Assembly: GCA_965183855.1 (NCBI GenBank)
Contig: CBCYMI010000028.1
Coordinates: 7,701 to 71,700 of the forward strand
DNA from: Maricaulaceae bacterium
Lineage (GTDB): Bacteria > Pseudomonadota > Alphaproteobacteria > Caulobacterales > Maricaulaceae
Length of the DNA: 64,000 nucleotides
Direction: 5' to 3'
Part shown: positions 31,080 through 41,847 of the stretch, one piece after another
Numbering within the stretch: position 1 is the stretch's first letter
Layout of the letters: every line of letters begins with the position of its first letter
Program-made: the position numbers and the translations under genes
The notes under the pieces: model-generated
The model's database searches: none
Told to the model about the DNA's origin: nothing
What the model saw: the letters and a program-made list of their open reading frames with translations, nothing else

Positions 31080-31270
31080 TTTGTGTATAGAATAAGCAGT
31101 TAGGTTTAATCTGGGTAATTAAAGAGCCTTAAGAAAATCCAGTCCGAGACTGGCGACCGCGCGCGCGGTCGCGTGGCTTTATTTGGAACGCTTAGCGTAT
31201 AAGAATAAACTCTTAAGCTTAATCCTGGTACTTGTAGAGCCTAAATAAAGTCAGCCCTTTGGCTGTTATG
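31080..31270. repeat. Two REP units ending in a cap hairpin
   Basis: Hairpins ccagtccgagactgg and cgcgcgcggtcgcgtg, then aaagtcagccctttggctg 7 nt before the clpA stop. Confidence 0.85.
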
Positions 31271-31272
31271 GG

Positions 31273-33642
31273 TTATACTTTTTCTGTTGGCTTATTGTTG
31301 GGAGCTTTGGGAGGGGGGGCTGGCTCAGAGCTTTTATAGGAAAGTTTAAGCCTGGATGCTGGGCTTATTTCAAATCTGAATTCATCCTCGCGATCCTTAT
31401 CAATTAAAATACGAACACTTCCTCCTTTTTTAAGCTTTCCATATAAAATCTCGTCTGCAAGCGGTTTCTTGATTTTCTCTTGAATAATGCGAGCCATGGG
31501 ACGCGCGCCAAATTCCTTATTATAGCCAAGCTTAGCCAAAAAATGCCGAACTTCTTTTGTTAATTCAAAACTAATATCTCGATCCATTAATTGTGTTTCC
31601 AATTGGGCAATAAATTTCTCTACAATCCGTTCAATAATATCCATTGATAAATCAGAAAATTGAATAATGGCATCCAGCCTGTTTCTAAATTCAGGCGCAA
31701 ATAAACGAATAATTGCTTTTTCTTCTTCTCCTGTTTTCTTACCACGCCCAAAGCCAATTGAATTTTGAGAAGACTCTGAGGCTCCTGCATTGGTCGTCAT
31801 GATTAAAATCGTATTTCTGAAATCAACCATTTTACCATTTGAATCTGTTAATTGACCATTATCCATTACCTGAAGCAGAATATTAAAAATATCTGGATGT
31901 GCTTTTTCAATCTCATCAAATAATAAAACACAATGACGATGCTGATCAACGGCATCGGTTAACTGACCTCCCTGATCATGACCAACATAGCCAGGAGGAG
32001 CGCCAAGCATACGAGAAATGGTATGCTTTTCCATATATTCAGACATATCAAAGCGTAATAATTCAATTTGCATTAATCTGGCTAATTGTTTTGCCAATTC
32101 TGTCTTGCCAACCCCTGTAGGACCTGAGAATAAATAACAGCCAATTGGTTTTTCTTCTTCTCTTAATCCTGCTCTTGAGAGTTTAACAGCAGCGCTTAAT
32201 TCTTCTATCGCCCGATCCTGACCATAAATAACACGTTTTAAATCAGAAGGTAAATGACGTAAAAGCTGAGCGTCTGACTGACTGATATGTTTAACAGGAA
32301 CTTTTGCAATCTTGGAAACAATCGATTCAATATCTCTGGTATTAATCGTTTTTCTGCGCTTCGAGGATGGCAGTAATTTCTGAGAAGCTCCTGCTTCATC
32401 AATTAAATCAATCGCTTTGTCAGGAAGCTTTTTCTCTGGAATATATCTAACAGATAAGTCAATAGAGGATTTCAGAGAATCTTGAGTATATCTGACAGAA
32501 TGAAATTTTTCAAAATGAGATTTAAGACCTGATAAAATCTTAAGGGTTTCTTTTTTCGAAGGCTCTTTTACATCGACTTTTTGGAATCTTCTTGCCAATG
32601 CCCTGTCTTTTTCAAAATGCTGTCTGTATTCCTTATACGTTGTGGATCCTATACAGTTTAATTGACCCGTTTGAAGAATCGGCTTTAACAAGGCAGAAGC
32701 ATCCATCGCTCCCCCAGAAGTCGCGCCTGCGCCAATAACGGTATGAATCTCATCAATAAATAAAATAACATCCCGCTTGTTCTGTAAAATATTAATAATA
32801 GATTTTAACCGTTCTTCAAAATCTCCGCGATACCGTGTTCCTGCTAATAAAGCTCCCATATCAAGCGCATAAATCGTCATATTTTCAATCGCACTCGGTG
32901 CATGCTTATATACAATTAAACGGGCAAGCCCTTCTGCAATCGCGGTCTTACCAACGCCTGGATCACCTACCAAAATCGGATTATTCTTTCTTCTTCGGCA
33001 TAAAATCTGGACACATCTGTTAATCTCATCTTGCCTGCCAATTAAAGGATCAATCGCATCACACTCTGCTTTTTTATTTAAATTAACGCAATATGTTTCT
33101 AAAATCTCATTTTCTTTTGTCTGTTTTTTTACAAATTCTTCAGATTTAGAGTTTTGCTCTTCTGACATATCTACATGCTTTGAAAGATCAGACGGTTTCT
33201 TTTTATTCTTACGAACGCCATGAGAAATATAAACCGTTGCATCATACCGTGTCATATTCTGCTTGAGCAGAAAATAAACCGCATGACTTTCTCTTTCAGA
33301 AAAGAGCGCAACTAAAATATTTGCCCCCGTAACCTCATGACTACCAGAAGATTGAATATGAATAACGGCACGATTTAAAACGCGTTGAAAACTCGCCGTC
33401 GTCAGAGATTCAACATAGTCTTCAATCACCAGCATTTTTAATTCATCATCAAGATAATGTATTAAATCATTTCGTAAAATATCCATATTTACATCACAAG
33501 CTTTCATTACAGCAAGCGCATCAACATCATCTGTCAGAGCAAGAAGTAAATGCTCTAAAGTTGCATATTCATGTTGACGATCCGCTGCATAAAGCAAGGC
33601 TCTGTGAATGGTTTCTTCTAAATGTGGTGATAATGAAGACAA
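31273..33642 (-). CDS. clpA: ATP-dependent Clp protease ATP-binding subunit ClpA
   Basis: Clp N-domain, two AAA modules with Walker A GDPGVGKT and GPTGVGKT, and a GARPMARIIQ motif. 789 aa. Confidence 0.95.
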   Translation of the reverse strand: MSSLSPHLEETIHRALLYAADRQHEYATLEHLLLALTDDVDALAVMKACDVNMDILRNDLIHYLDDELKMLVIEDYVESLTTASFQRVLNRAVIHIQSSGSHEVTGANILVALFSERESHAVYFLLKQNMTRYDATVYISHGVRKNKKKPSDLSKHVDMSEEQNSKSEEFVKKQTKENEILETYCVNLNKKAECDAIDPLIGRQDEINRCVQILCRRRKNNPILVGDPGVGKTAIAEGLARLIVYKHAPSAIENMTIYALDMGALLAGTRYRGDFEERLKSIINILQNKRDVILFIDEIHTVIGAGATSGGAMDASALLKPILQTGQLNCIGSTTYKEYRQHFEKDRALARRFQKVDVKEPSKKETLKILSGLKSHFEKFHSVRYTQDSLKSSIDLSVRYIPEKKLPDKAIDLIDEAGASQKLLPSSKRRKTINTRDIESIVSKIAKVPVKHISQSDAQLLRHLPSDLKRVIYGQDRAIEELSAAVKLSRAGLREEEKPIGCYLFSGPTGVGKTELAKQLARLMQIELLRFDMSEYMEKHTISRMLGAPPGYVGHDQGGQLTDAVDQHRHCVLLFDEIEKAHPDIFNILLQVMDNGQLTDSNGKMVDFRNTILIMTTNAGASESSQNSIGFGRGKKTGEEEKAIIRLFAPEFRNRLDAIIQFSDLSMDIIERIVEKFIAQLETQLMDRDISFELTKEVRHFLAKLGYNKEFGARPMARIIQEKIKKPLADEILYGKLKKGGSVRILIDKDREDEFRFEISPASRLKLSYKSSEPAPPPKAPNNKPTEKV

Positions 33643-33668
33643 AACATTAAATCCTTATTCTAAATATA

Positions 33669-34013
33669 TTATTCTGTTTTTTCCATCGTGCATTGTAAAG
33701 GATGCTCATATCTTTTGGCAGAATCCAATACCAGAGCAATCTTAGTCTCTGCAATCTCATATGTATAAATCCCGCAAATACCAACCCCGTGATTGTGAAC
33801 ATGTAACATGATCTTTTGGGCTTCTTCATAGGATTTATTAAAAATATTCTGTAAAATCTGAATAACAAACTCCATCGGGGTGAAATCATCATTTAAAAGA
33901 ACAACTCGGTACATGGAAGGATGCTTAACCCTGGAGTCAGATTCCGTAATAATCCTGACTTTAATACCCAAATCCCGCCTCGGTGCCTTCCTGGATTCCA
34001 GTTTAACTCGCAT
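33669..34013 (-). CDS. clpS: Clp protease adaptor ClpS
   Basis: Shows YRVVLLNDDFTPMEFVIQIL..F and sits immediately upstream of clpA. Confidence 0.9.
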   Translation of the reverse strand: MRVKLESRKAPRRDLGIKVRIITESDSRVKHPSMYRVVLLNDDFTPMEFVIQILQNIFNKSYEEAQKIMLHVHNHGVGICGIYTYEIAETKIALVLDSAKRYEHPLQCTMEKTE

Positions 34014-34273
34014 ATCATTTCCTTATATCCTAAAATCTCATTATCCGATGATTAACGCGCTTTAGTTTATTATGTAAGTGTAAATGTTCAAAATTCAATT
34101 CATAATAAAATAGAAACCTTCATATTATGTAAATTAATCTTGATTATATCACACGCATTCAAATCAAATTTAGCCCTTCTCAAAAACTACAAAAAACAAA
34201 TCTTTACACTTCATAAACCATTTCTCCTGTATTTTAGCAAACTCAAAAAACAAAATAGGGAGTTCAGTATAAC

Positions 34274-35572
34274 ATGATTCGTGGCTATCCTTATGCTTTT
34301 CTATTTATAATCTGTCTATGCCTCATACCCAGTCTTGCCAAAGCAGAGAAAAATAAATATGCCGCAATTTCCATTCATTTCAATACTCATAAAGTATTAC
34401 ATGCTCAAAAAGCAACGGCATTAAGACATCCTGCCTCCTTGACCAAAATGATGACTCTTTATTGCTTGTTCGAACACCTTAAAGCAAAAACTATCACACT
34501 AGATACACCCTTAAACATATCTGAATATGCAGCTTCAAAACCTGCTTCAAAATTATATTTAAAACCAGGAGAAGCCATCACTGTCCAACAGGCAATTTAT
34601 GCCCTGACTATTAAAAGCGCAAATGATGCTGCCGTGGTCATTGCAGAAGCGCTTGCCAAAAACGAAAAAGCATTCGCGATCCATATGACACAAAAAGCAA
34701 AAGAATTGGGAATGAAAAAAACAGCCTTTCAAAATGCGTCTGGATTGCATCATCCAAAACAATACACAACCGCTCTCGATATCTCCTTACTGGCAAGCGC
34801 TCTTATAAAAGGCTTTCCAGAATATTATCCCTTTTTTTCAGCACACCAATTTAGCTATAAAAACCGGATCTATTATACTCATAATGCACTCTTGGGTCAG
34901 CTTCCTGGAGTCGATGGTCTTAAAACAGGATATGTCCATTCATCTGGATATAATCTCGCAATCTCTGCTTTACGCGATAAAGAAAGAATTATTGCAATCG
35001 TCCTTGGCGCAAAAACATCTGATTTAAGAAATGCTCATATGGCAAAACTCGTTGAAAAATCATTTCTGAAAATTCAACACCAAACCAAAAAACAAACCCC
35101 TTCCCTATTTTCTTATTTCAAACCTGAACATTCTCCGAAAACACCTAAACAATCCTCAGAGAAAAAACTGGGCTTTCCTCTCTTTTCCTATCTCGGATCT
35201 ACACAAAAACAATCCTCAAAAATACCTAAAAACTCCCCAGAGAAAAAACTGAAAATCATTCTAAAACACACTCAAAAAAAATCAGAATTAAATCCTCAAC
35301 CTTCCTCTTTTGATACCGTCGAAAACTGGAGTGTTCAATTGGGCTCTTTTTATAGCTCGAATGAAGCAAAAGAATTACTGGATCAATTTAGAAAAAAATA
35401 TCCCGATATGTATTATTCGGGAATTGCCGATATTCAGATTTTTAAAACAGAAAACAATACCTATTACAGATCCCGCCTAACCCATTTGCAAAAAAAAGCC
35501 GCACAGTCTTTATGCAAAGAGTTAAAAAAAATAAATACTGAATGTTTGATTTTAAAAGAATATTCCAGCTAA
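34274..35572 (+). CDS. D-alanyl-D-alanine carboxypeptidase (class C PBP) with C-terminal SPOR domain
   Basis: Signal peptide, SxxK (ASLTK), SxN (SAND) and KTG (LKTGY) motifs. The C-terminus WSVQLGSFYSSNEAKELL...YRSRL is SPOR-like. Confidence 0.85.
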   Translation: MIRGYPYAFLFIICLCLIPSLAKAEKNKYAAISIHFNTHKVLHAQKATALRHPASLTKMMTLYCLFEHLKAKTITLDTPLNISEYAASKPASKLYLKPGEAITVQQAIYALTIKSANDAAVVIAEALAKNEKAFAIHMTQKAKELGMKKTAFQNASGLHHPKQYTTALDISLLASALIKGFPEYYPFFSAHQFSYKNRIYYTHNALLGQLPGVDGLKTGYVHSSGYNLAISALRDKERIIAIVLGAKTSDLRNAHMAKLVEKSFLKIQHQTKKQTPSLFSYFKPEHSPKTPKQSSEKKLGFPLFSYLGSTQKQSSKIPKNSPEKKLKIILKHTQKKSELNPQPSSFDTVENWSVQLGSFYSSNEAKELLDQFRKKYPDMYYSGIADIQIFKTENNTYYRSRLTHLQKKAAQSLCKELKKINTECLILKEYSS

Positions 35573-35668
35573 GCATATGAGCTAAAATATCTGGGCTTAT
35601 TAGATTAAACATGCCTTATTCAAGTAATATTCCTCCCCTTATTGTTTTCTGATAGAACAAAACGCGTA

Positions 35669-36565
35669 TTAAAATGTTAGTTTTTGCTGGCTAAGATCGT
35701 TTAATTCAAGAGATAAAACCAGCTCTCTTAATTCTTGGCGAGCCGCAATATGACTCATTGCAACAGGCATCTCTGAATTGGATTCTCGAATATCTAATAA
35801 CGTCAAGCCAGACGGAAACATTTCACGATAAATCACCCGTTCTGAAAACCCAGGAATGACCCTAAATCCAACGCGTTTGGATAAAATTTGTAACCCACGC
35901 CCGATTCTTCTTTTATTGCGCGCATCAATCATAGACATACGATTGCGTAAAACAACCCAATCTGTTACACCTCGATGAAGTGCTGCTTTTTGCTTTCGAC
36001 AATTCCAGATCATTTCACTATAATAGCTCGGTTTAATGACTTCATACGTCTCAGGGTCAACCTGAGCCAATAAATCAAAATCTACAAAACTATCATTAAT
36101 AGGTGTAATAATTGTATCTGCATAACAATGCGCAAGCCAGGATAAATGACTATAAGCACCTGGAACATCAATAATCGTAAAATTACATTTTTTATTTAAA
36201 ATCTGAATTGCTTTCATCCAGCTTTCCTGATCTTCTGTTTCTGCTTGATCTAGATTTCTTTCTTGGCTGGCATTTAAAACCAGTTGAAAAAGAGAAGGAA
36301 GAGAAACTGCATTTTTTTCTGACCAATCCTTTCTATTTTCTAAATATCTGGAGAGTGTTTTCTGTCGTATATCAAGATCAATCACGCCAACTCGAAAATT
36401 CATACGCATTAAAGCCATGGATAGGTGAATGGCAATCGTGGATTTTCCAGCTCCTCCTTTTTCATTACCAATCACAATTAAATGATTTGAGGAAGAGGCT
36501 TGAGTAGAATCTGGTTTAAGAGTTTTTCGAATTCCTGGATTAAACTGATTTTTAAGTTCCGACAA
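35669..36565 (-). CDS. mipZ: ParA-type division-site positioning ATPase MipZ
   Basis: Deviant Walker A VIGNEKGGAGKST followed by VIDLDIRQKTLSRYLENR, as in Caulobacter MipZ. Divergent from panC. Confidence 0.7.
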   Translation of the reverse strand: MSELKNQFNPGIRKTLKPDSTQASSSNHLIVIGNEKGGAGKSTIAIHLSMALMRMNFRVGVIDLDIRQKTLSRYLENRKDWSEKNAVSLPSLFQLVLNASQERNLDQAETEDQESWMKAIQILNKKCNFTIIDVPGAYSHLSWLAHCYADTIITPINDSFVDFDLLAQVDPETYEVIKPSYYSEMIWNCRKQKAALHRGVTDWVVLRNRMSMIDARNKRRIGRGLQILSKRVGFRVIPGFSERVIYREMFPSGLTLLDIRESNSEMPVAMSHIAARQELRELVLSLELNDLSQQKLTF

Positions 36566-36759
36566 AACAAAATCCTTTCATCATACATAGATGGATTAGC
36601 GATACCTAAAAAATTCTGATCAAGCAAGCTTTACATTAAAATCTTATCGTGCATCTTTATTCAATCCAGATTATGTCATACACTTTCTGTTAAAATTAAA
36701 CCCTAAAATAATATTAAGTTAAAAAAAGTAATAAAGTCAAAGCATAAAAAGGTTAGACC

Positions 36760-37653
36760 ATGATTTATGATATGCCATTGGAACAACAAAATCTGGTAAT
36801 TTGTAAAACAGGCGCTTCTTTAAAAAAACAACGTCATATCTGGAAAAAAGAAGCGAAATCTATTGCGTTTGTGCCAACCATGGGCGCATTGCATCAGGGT
36901 CATTTATCCTTAATAAAACATGGCTTAAACATTGCAGACAAAACCATTGTTAGCCTATTTGTCAATCCAATGCAATTTGGTCCCAAAGAAGATTGCAAAA
37001 CCTATCCAAGACCATTAAATCAAGATATTGATCTGCTCAATCAAACGGGGTGTCATTGTGTTTTTATCCCAGATCCGTTAATGCTTTATCCAAAAGAGTT
37101 TTCAACCCATATCCATGTTAAAGGTATTTCAGAAGATCTGGAAGGAAAAACAAGACCTAGTTTTTTTACAGGAATTGCCACTATTCTTATAAAACTCTTC
37201 AATCTCGTTCAACCAGAATATGCTATTTTCGGAGAAAAGGATTATCAGCAATTATGTGTCATAAAAAAACTGGTAAAAGACTTAAATTTAGAGATTAAAA
37301 TTCTACAAGGAAAAACCATACGAGACGCAAATGGTCTTGCCCTATCTTCTAGAAATGCCTATTTAAGCAAAGAAGAAATGAATAAAGCAATTCAGTTAAA
37401 CCTGATTTTACAAAAAACAGCAGAAACCCTTAAACAATCTACCCCCATCCAGCCCGTTTTAAACCATGCAATTAAAACATTTATATCTGCTGGATTTTCA
37501 AAAATTGATTATCTTGAATTAAGAACAGAAGAAACGTTTTTACCCATTATAAATAAAACCCTGCCCAATCCATGTAAAGCACGCTTATTAATCGCGCTTT
37601 ATCTTGGAACAACCCGCTTAATTGATAATTGGCCCGTACATTCCACCTCCTAA
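36760..37653 (+). CDS. panC: Pantoate-beta-alanine ligase
   Basis: Shows VPTMGALHQGHLSL (HxGH), FVNP.QFGP.ED and GEKDYQQ motifs. Confidence 0.9.
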   Translation: MIYDMPLEQQNLVICKTGASLKKQRHIWKKEAKSIAFVPTMGALHQGHLSLIKHGLNIADKTIVSLFVNPMQFGPKEDCKTYPRPLNQDIDLLNQTGCHCVFIPDPLMLYPKEFSTHIHVKGISEDLEGKTRPSFFTGIATILIKLFNLVQPEYAIFGEKDYQQLCVIKKLVKDLNLEIKILQGKTIRDANGLALSSRNAYLSKEEMNKAIQLNLILQKTAETLKQSTPIQPVLNHAIKTFISAGFSKIDYLELRTEETFLPIINKTLPNPCKARLLIALYLGTTRLIDNWPVHSTS

Positions 37654-37654
37654 C

Positions 37655-37795
37655 ACATAACGCGTGGTTTCTTAAAGCGCGCTGAGTAGAAATATTAAAA
37701 GTACAGAGTTTAAATCTTGCTAGTTAGAGAGCCAAATAAAACCAGCCCTTTGGCCGCACGCCTTCGCGTGCCAGCTCTTTGGCTGTTTTTAAGTT
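37655..37795. repeat. REP unit(s) with ccagccctttggcc, cacgccttcgcgtg and cagctctttggctg hairpins
   Basis: Conserved body ttcttaaagcgcgctgagtagaaatattaa... directly after the panC stop. Confidence 0.85.
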
Positions 37796-37994
37796 AAGCA
37801 AAACAGTCCTTATCTATTATTTGGTGTTATCATTCTCTGCCAATATAAATATATGATCTCTTTATTAATCATAAGCAATAATCAAGCTTGCTAAAATTAA
37901 AGAAAAAATCAAAGCTGCCAATATAACAGGATTCTCTTTTATATAGGATGTCAGTCTTTTTATAAGTCATCGCCTCTAAAGATAAATCGGTATT

Positions 37995-38303
37995 TTATGA
38001 TTCTAGTGCTTGTTCCAATGCCTGCTTGGTTTCTTGAATGGTTGATGGGACAAGTTTTAAATAAATGGAAGCTTCTTCTATGGAGGCATGTTGCAGATAA
38101 GCAGTGATTTTAGCAAGTTTTGAAGCACCAACATTTGCAGATGCGCCTTTTAGAGCATGGGCTGTTGAAGAAAGCAGGCTTGTATTGTTTTCCGAAATAG
38201 CAAGATCAATCTCTTCTAAAAGAGAATCACAACTTTGCCAAAAAGAATTAATAATTGATAAAAGCACTTCTTTGGACGTAAATTCAAGCATTTCATTAAT
38301 CAA
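37995..38303 (-). CDS. Single-domain histidine phosphotransfer (Hpt) protein
   Basis: Contains the motif AHALKGASANVGA (H-x-x-K-G) in a ~100-aa helical protein. Confidence 0.7.
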   Translation of the reverse strand: MINEMLEFTSKEVLLSIINSFWQSCDSLLEEIDLAISENNTSLLSSTAHALKGASANVGASKLAKITAYLQHASIEEASIYLKLVPSTIQETKQALEQALES

Positions 38304-38642
38304 ATCAAGATTAATAACAGGTGTTTGACCAATTTCTTCTAGTAAGGAATGAATAATAAATGCTCCTGGATTATTTAATCAAGACAAAATACTTTCATGT
38401 ACAATCTAGCCATTTAAGGTAAATAAAATATAAATTTAGCCTCAGGATTTTATGACTGTTTTTCTCAACGCAATCAACGAAATCGTTAAGAGATGATTTT
38501 GATCAAGTTTAGAGATAAATATTAATAATTATCTAGTTTTTTATCCCTATAAACCTTCTTTGATCCTGCTTTCTATCATTCTGGATCAGATTTTATTTTT
38601 TAATTTATTTATGATGATAGTTTATTTAATAGGAATAGGTTC

Positions 38643-39209
38643 ATGCTGATTTTATTTCAAAAAACAGGACCTTTAATTTATCCATTGGTTTTGTTTTCGT
38701 TTTTGGCATTCATTCTCATTTTAGAGCGGATTTTATATTTTTTCTTACTTCCTTCTACTTCAAGGCAGGCTCAATTTAAGCAGTTAAACGCGCTTTTAAA
38801 ACGTAATCAACATTTATCCAAATCCATGCGAGATGAACTCGTTTCATATGCTTTATGTGAAGTTAGGGAAAGGGTTGAATTCGGAATTCATGCACTAAGA
38901 ATGATTGCGGTTTTAAGTCCAATGATTGGATTATTAGGAACAATCACAGGCATGATTGAAGCGTTTCGAGCAATCTCAGATCAAACAGGACCCGTTTCTC
39001 CGTCTATAATTGCGCAAGGATTATGGCAAGCAATGTTAACGACAGCTTTCGGGCTTTCCATTGCCTTACCCGTTTTGATTTTTGTCTTTATCCTATCAAG
39101 AATAGCATCAAATCGCCTCTGTTTTTTTCAAAATGCCCTGAATTTTGAAAGTCTCTCAATGGAGGGAGCAAATCTAAAACAGGGAATAATACAAGATAGC
39201 AAAGAATAA
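38643..39209 (+). CDS. exbB: MotA/TolQ/ExbB-family proton channel
   Basis: Three TMs and the ...SPMIGLLGTITGMIEAF... motif, followed by an ExbD-like gene. Confidence 0.75.
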   Translation: MLILFQKTGPLIYPLVLFSFLAFILILERILYFFLLPSTSRQAQFKQLNALLKRNQHLSKSMRDELVSYALCEVRERVEFGIHALRMIAVLSPMIGLLGTITGMIEAFRAISDQTGPVSPSIIAQGLWQAMLTTAFGLSIALPVLIFVFILSRIASNRLCFFQNALNFESLSMEGANLKQGIIQDSKE

Positions 39210-39244
39210 AACCCAAACACAAAAGATAAGGAGATTAAACAGGA

Positions 39245-39682
39245 ATGATTATCATGGATTCTCAGAACCGTTCAGGAATTTCAGAAGAATTTCTTCCTGA
39301 TTTTACGCCTTTATTAGATGTGATTTTTCTGCTTGTGATTTTTTTAATTCTCGTTGCAAATAGCATATCTTATTCAATATCGGTTTCTTTGCCAAAAATA
39401 GAGCACGCTTCTCCTTATTTAGAATCTTCACCAGATCAGGAAATTGTCATTACACTCTTTACCAAAGGTCAAGGCTTTAAACTTGACGATCATTTTTATC
39501 AAACAGAAAAAGCATTTAAAACTGCTTTATTATTTCGCTTATCTCAACGCTCAAATCGTCAAATTATCATGATTTGTGATCATTCTGTTAAAATAGAAGA
39601 TTTTTTAAACCTGATTTCTTTTTTACAACAACAAAAAATTACTGCCTCAGAAATTTTAGTAGAAAAACAGCCAAAGGGCTGA
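39245..39682 (+). CDS. exbD: ExbD/TolR-family protein; last codons from a REP cap hairpin
   Basis: N-terminal ..FTPLLDVIFLLVIFLIL.. TM plus a periplasmic domain. The C-terminal ..QPKG* is encoded by cagccaaagggctga. Confidence 0.7.
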   Translation: MIIMDSQNRSGISEEFLPDFTPLLDVIFLLVIFLILVANSISYSISVSLPKIEHASPYLESSPDQEIVITLFTKGQGFKLDDHFYQTEKAFKTALLFRLSQRSNRQIIMICDHSVKIEDFLNLISFLQQQKITASEILVEKQPKG

Positions 39683-41023
39683 CTTCTTAAGGCGCACTCA
39701 ACAGAAATCTTAAGCTCTTAAGCTTAATCTGGGATCTTAAAGAGCCTTAAGAAAATCCAGTCCGAGACTGGCGACCGAGCGCGCATTCGTGTGACTTTTT
39801 TTGGAACACTTAGCGTATAAGAAAAAGCGCAGAGCTTAATGCTTGGTAATTAGAGAGCCTTAAGAAAATCCAGTCCGAGACTGGCGACCGCGCGCGCGGT
39901 CGTGTGACTTTTTTTGGAACACTTAGCGTATAAGAAAAAGCGCAAAGCTTAACGCTTGGTAATTAGAGAGCCTTAAGAAAATCCAGTCCGAGACTGGCGA
40001 CCGAGCGCGCGATCGTGTGACTTTTTTTGGAACGCTTAGCGTATAAGAAAAAGCGCAAAGCTTAACGCTTGGTAATTAGAGAGCCAAACACACATTCGTG
40101 TGACTTTTTTTGGAACACTTAGCGTATAAGAAAAAGCGCAAAGCTTAACGCTTGGTAATTAGAGAGCCAAACACACATTCGTGTGACTTTTTTTGGAACA
40201 CTTAGCGTATAAGAAAAAGCGCAAAGCTTAACGCTTGGTAATTAGAGAGCCAAACACACATTCGTGTGACTTTTTTTGGAACACTTAGCGTATAAGAAAA
40301 AGCGCAAAGCTTAATGCTTAGTAATTAGAGAGCCAAACACACATTCGTGTGACTTTTTTTGGAACACTTAGCGTATAAGAAAAAGCGCAGAGCTTAACGC
40401 TTGGTAATTAGAGAGCCTTAAGAAAATCCAGTCCGAGACTGGCGACCGAGCGCGCATTCGTGTGACTTTTTTTGGAACACTTAGCGTATAAGAAAAAGCG
40501 CAAAGCTTAACGCTTGGTAATTAGAGAGCCAAACACACATTCGTGTGACTTTTTTTGGAACACTTAGCGTATAAGAAAAAGCGCAAAGCTTAATGCTTAG
40601 TAATTAGAGAGCCAAACACACATTCGTGTGACTTTTTTTGGAACACTTAGCGTATAAGAAAAAGCGCAGAGCTTAATGCTTGGTAATTAGAGAGCCAAAC
40701 ACACATTCGTGTGACTTTTTTTGGAACACTTAGCGTATAAGAAAAAGCGCAAAGCTTAACGCTTAGTAATTAGAGAGCCAAACACACATTCGTGTGACTT
40801 TTTTTGGAACACTTAGCGTATAAGAAAAAGCGCAGAGCTTAACGCTTGGTAATTAGAGAGCCTTAAGAAAATCCAGTCCGAGACTGGCGACCGAGCGCGC
40901 ATTCGTGTGACTTTTTTTGGAACACTTAGCGTATAAGAAAAAGCGCAAAGCTTAATGCTTGGTAATTAGAGAGCCTTAAGAAAACCAATCCTTCGTCTGC
41001 ACACCTTTGTGTGCCTTTTGGCT
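39669..41023. repeat. Long tandem REP array with 83-bp short units and ~115-bp long units (about 14 units)
   Basis: The short unit is caaacacacattcgtgtgactttttttggaacacttagcgtataagaaaaagcgca(a/g)agcttaa(c/t)gctt(g/a)gtaattagagagc (83 bp, e.g. 40085 to 40168). Long units add ttaagaaaatccagtccgagactggcgaccgagcgcgc. Confidence 0.95.
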
Positions 41024-41061
41024 AAAAATGATGGAAAGCATAACCTTTGAAATAACTATAA

Positions 41062-41098
41062 AAGAAAAAAAGGAATGGGAGTTTATTCCTTTTTTTCC
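41062..41098 (-). terminator. Intrinsic terminator after the immunity-like gene
   Basis: Stem aaggaat (41070..41076) pairs with attcctt (41085..41091) between A and T runs, directly downstream of the 41102 stop on the minus strand. Confidence 0.55.
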
Positions 41099-41101
41099 AG
41101 A

Positions 41102-41389
41102 TTATTTTTTCTTTCTAAACCAGGTTTTATAGCTTTTGAGCTCTTTTACTATTCTTTTTCTCTTTCTTTTAGGATCTGAATAATCAAGAAATTCATTAAG
41201 CTTTCCTTTAAGAATAATATCAAAAATTAAAAATGATAAAGGATAACCAATAAAAATAAAAGTAACAACTTCCCACCTATTTTCTCCCAGACCAAAAAAA
41301 ATATATCCTACATAATACACAACTGCCATAATAAAGCTACAGATTAGTGTATATTTATGGTTTTTTAGAAATTTCTTTAAATGCTTCAT
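41102..41389 (-). CDS. Immunity-like two-TM membrane protein (95 aa) paired with the type A peptide
   Basis: Starts 15 nt after the type A stop. Two hydrophobic helices and a K/R-rich tail (..KRKRKRIVKELKSYKTWFRKKK). The same gene follows three other type A copies. Confidence 0.6.
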   Translation of the reverse strand: MKHLKKFLKNHKYTLICSFIMAVVYYVGYIFFGLGENRWEVVTFIFIGYPLSFLIFDIILKGKLNEFLDYSDPKRKRKRIVKELKSYKTWFRKKK

Positions 41390-41404
41390 TTCAAAAATAA
41401 TACT

Positions 41405-41725
41405 TTATTTAATAAAGCCTCCTAATAAACTGGTTGTACCTGCAGCCGCAGCACCAGTTACACGCATTCCTACTGCGCCAAAACCACCTGCCATTAACCC
41501 TGCCGCAGTTCCAAGGACCGCTCCAGCAGCAACAACACCCCAATCAACGCCAGGCTTGTTGTCTGTTAATTGATTAATTAAAGCCGCTCCTGCGCCCAAT
41601 GCGGTTCCAATTCCAACCATAGCAGCAAATAAAGGCAATATTCCACCTTCTACCTGATCAATCTCTATATCGGTTAATTCTCTGATGCCTGGGTTTGCAG
41701 GTATAGTTAACGCTAAATCTATCAT
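41405..41725 (-). CDS. Double-glycine-leader peptide precursor, core type A
   Basis: The ATG at 41725 sits behind AAGGAGAGAAAAG. The leader is MIDLALTIPANPGIRELTDIEIDQVEGG. The core is identical to the 30601 and 44096 copies. Confidence 0.8.
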   Translation of the reverse strand: MIDLALTIPANPGIRELTDIEIDQVEGGILPLFAAMVGIGTALGAGAALINQLTDNKPGVDWGVVAAGAVLGTAAGLMAGGFGAVGMRVTGAAAAGTTSLLGGFIK

Positions 41726-41740
41726 CTTTTCTCTCCTTAA

Positions 41741-41769
41741 ATTATACATCAAGTTAAAAATAGAATCAA
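41741..41769 (-). promoter_or_regulatory. Variant promoter TTGATT-N17-TATAAT
   Basis: On the minus strand the -35 is at 41769..41764 and the -10 at 41746..41741. It is created by a ~28-bp insertion relative to the standard upstream region. The same variant occurs at 46566..46594. Confidence 0.5.
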
Positions 41770-41847
41770 ATTTCAGCAAAAAAATAGAGAGTCAATAAAA
41801 CAAGGTAAAACTGGATGAAAATCACATAAAAAAGAATGTATCTAAGT

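Noticed and set aside
33647-33892. ORF 33647..33892 (-) overlapping clpS
   Set aside because: It is an alternative frame of the well-supported clpS gene with no independent signals.
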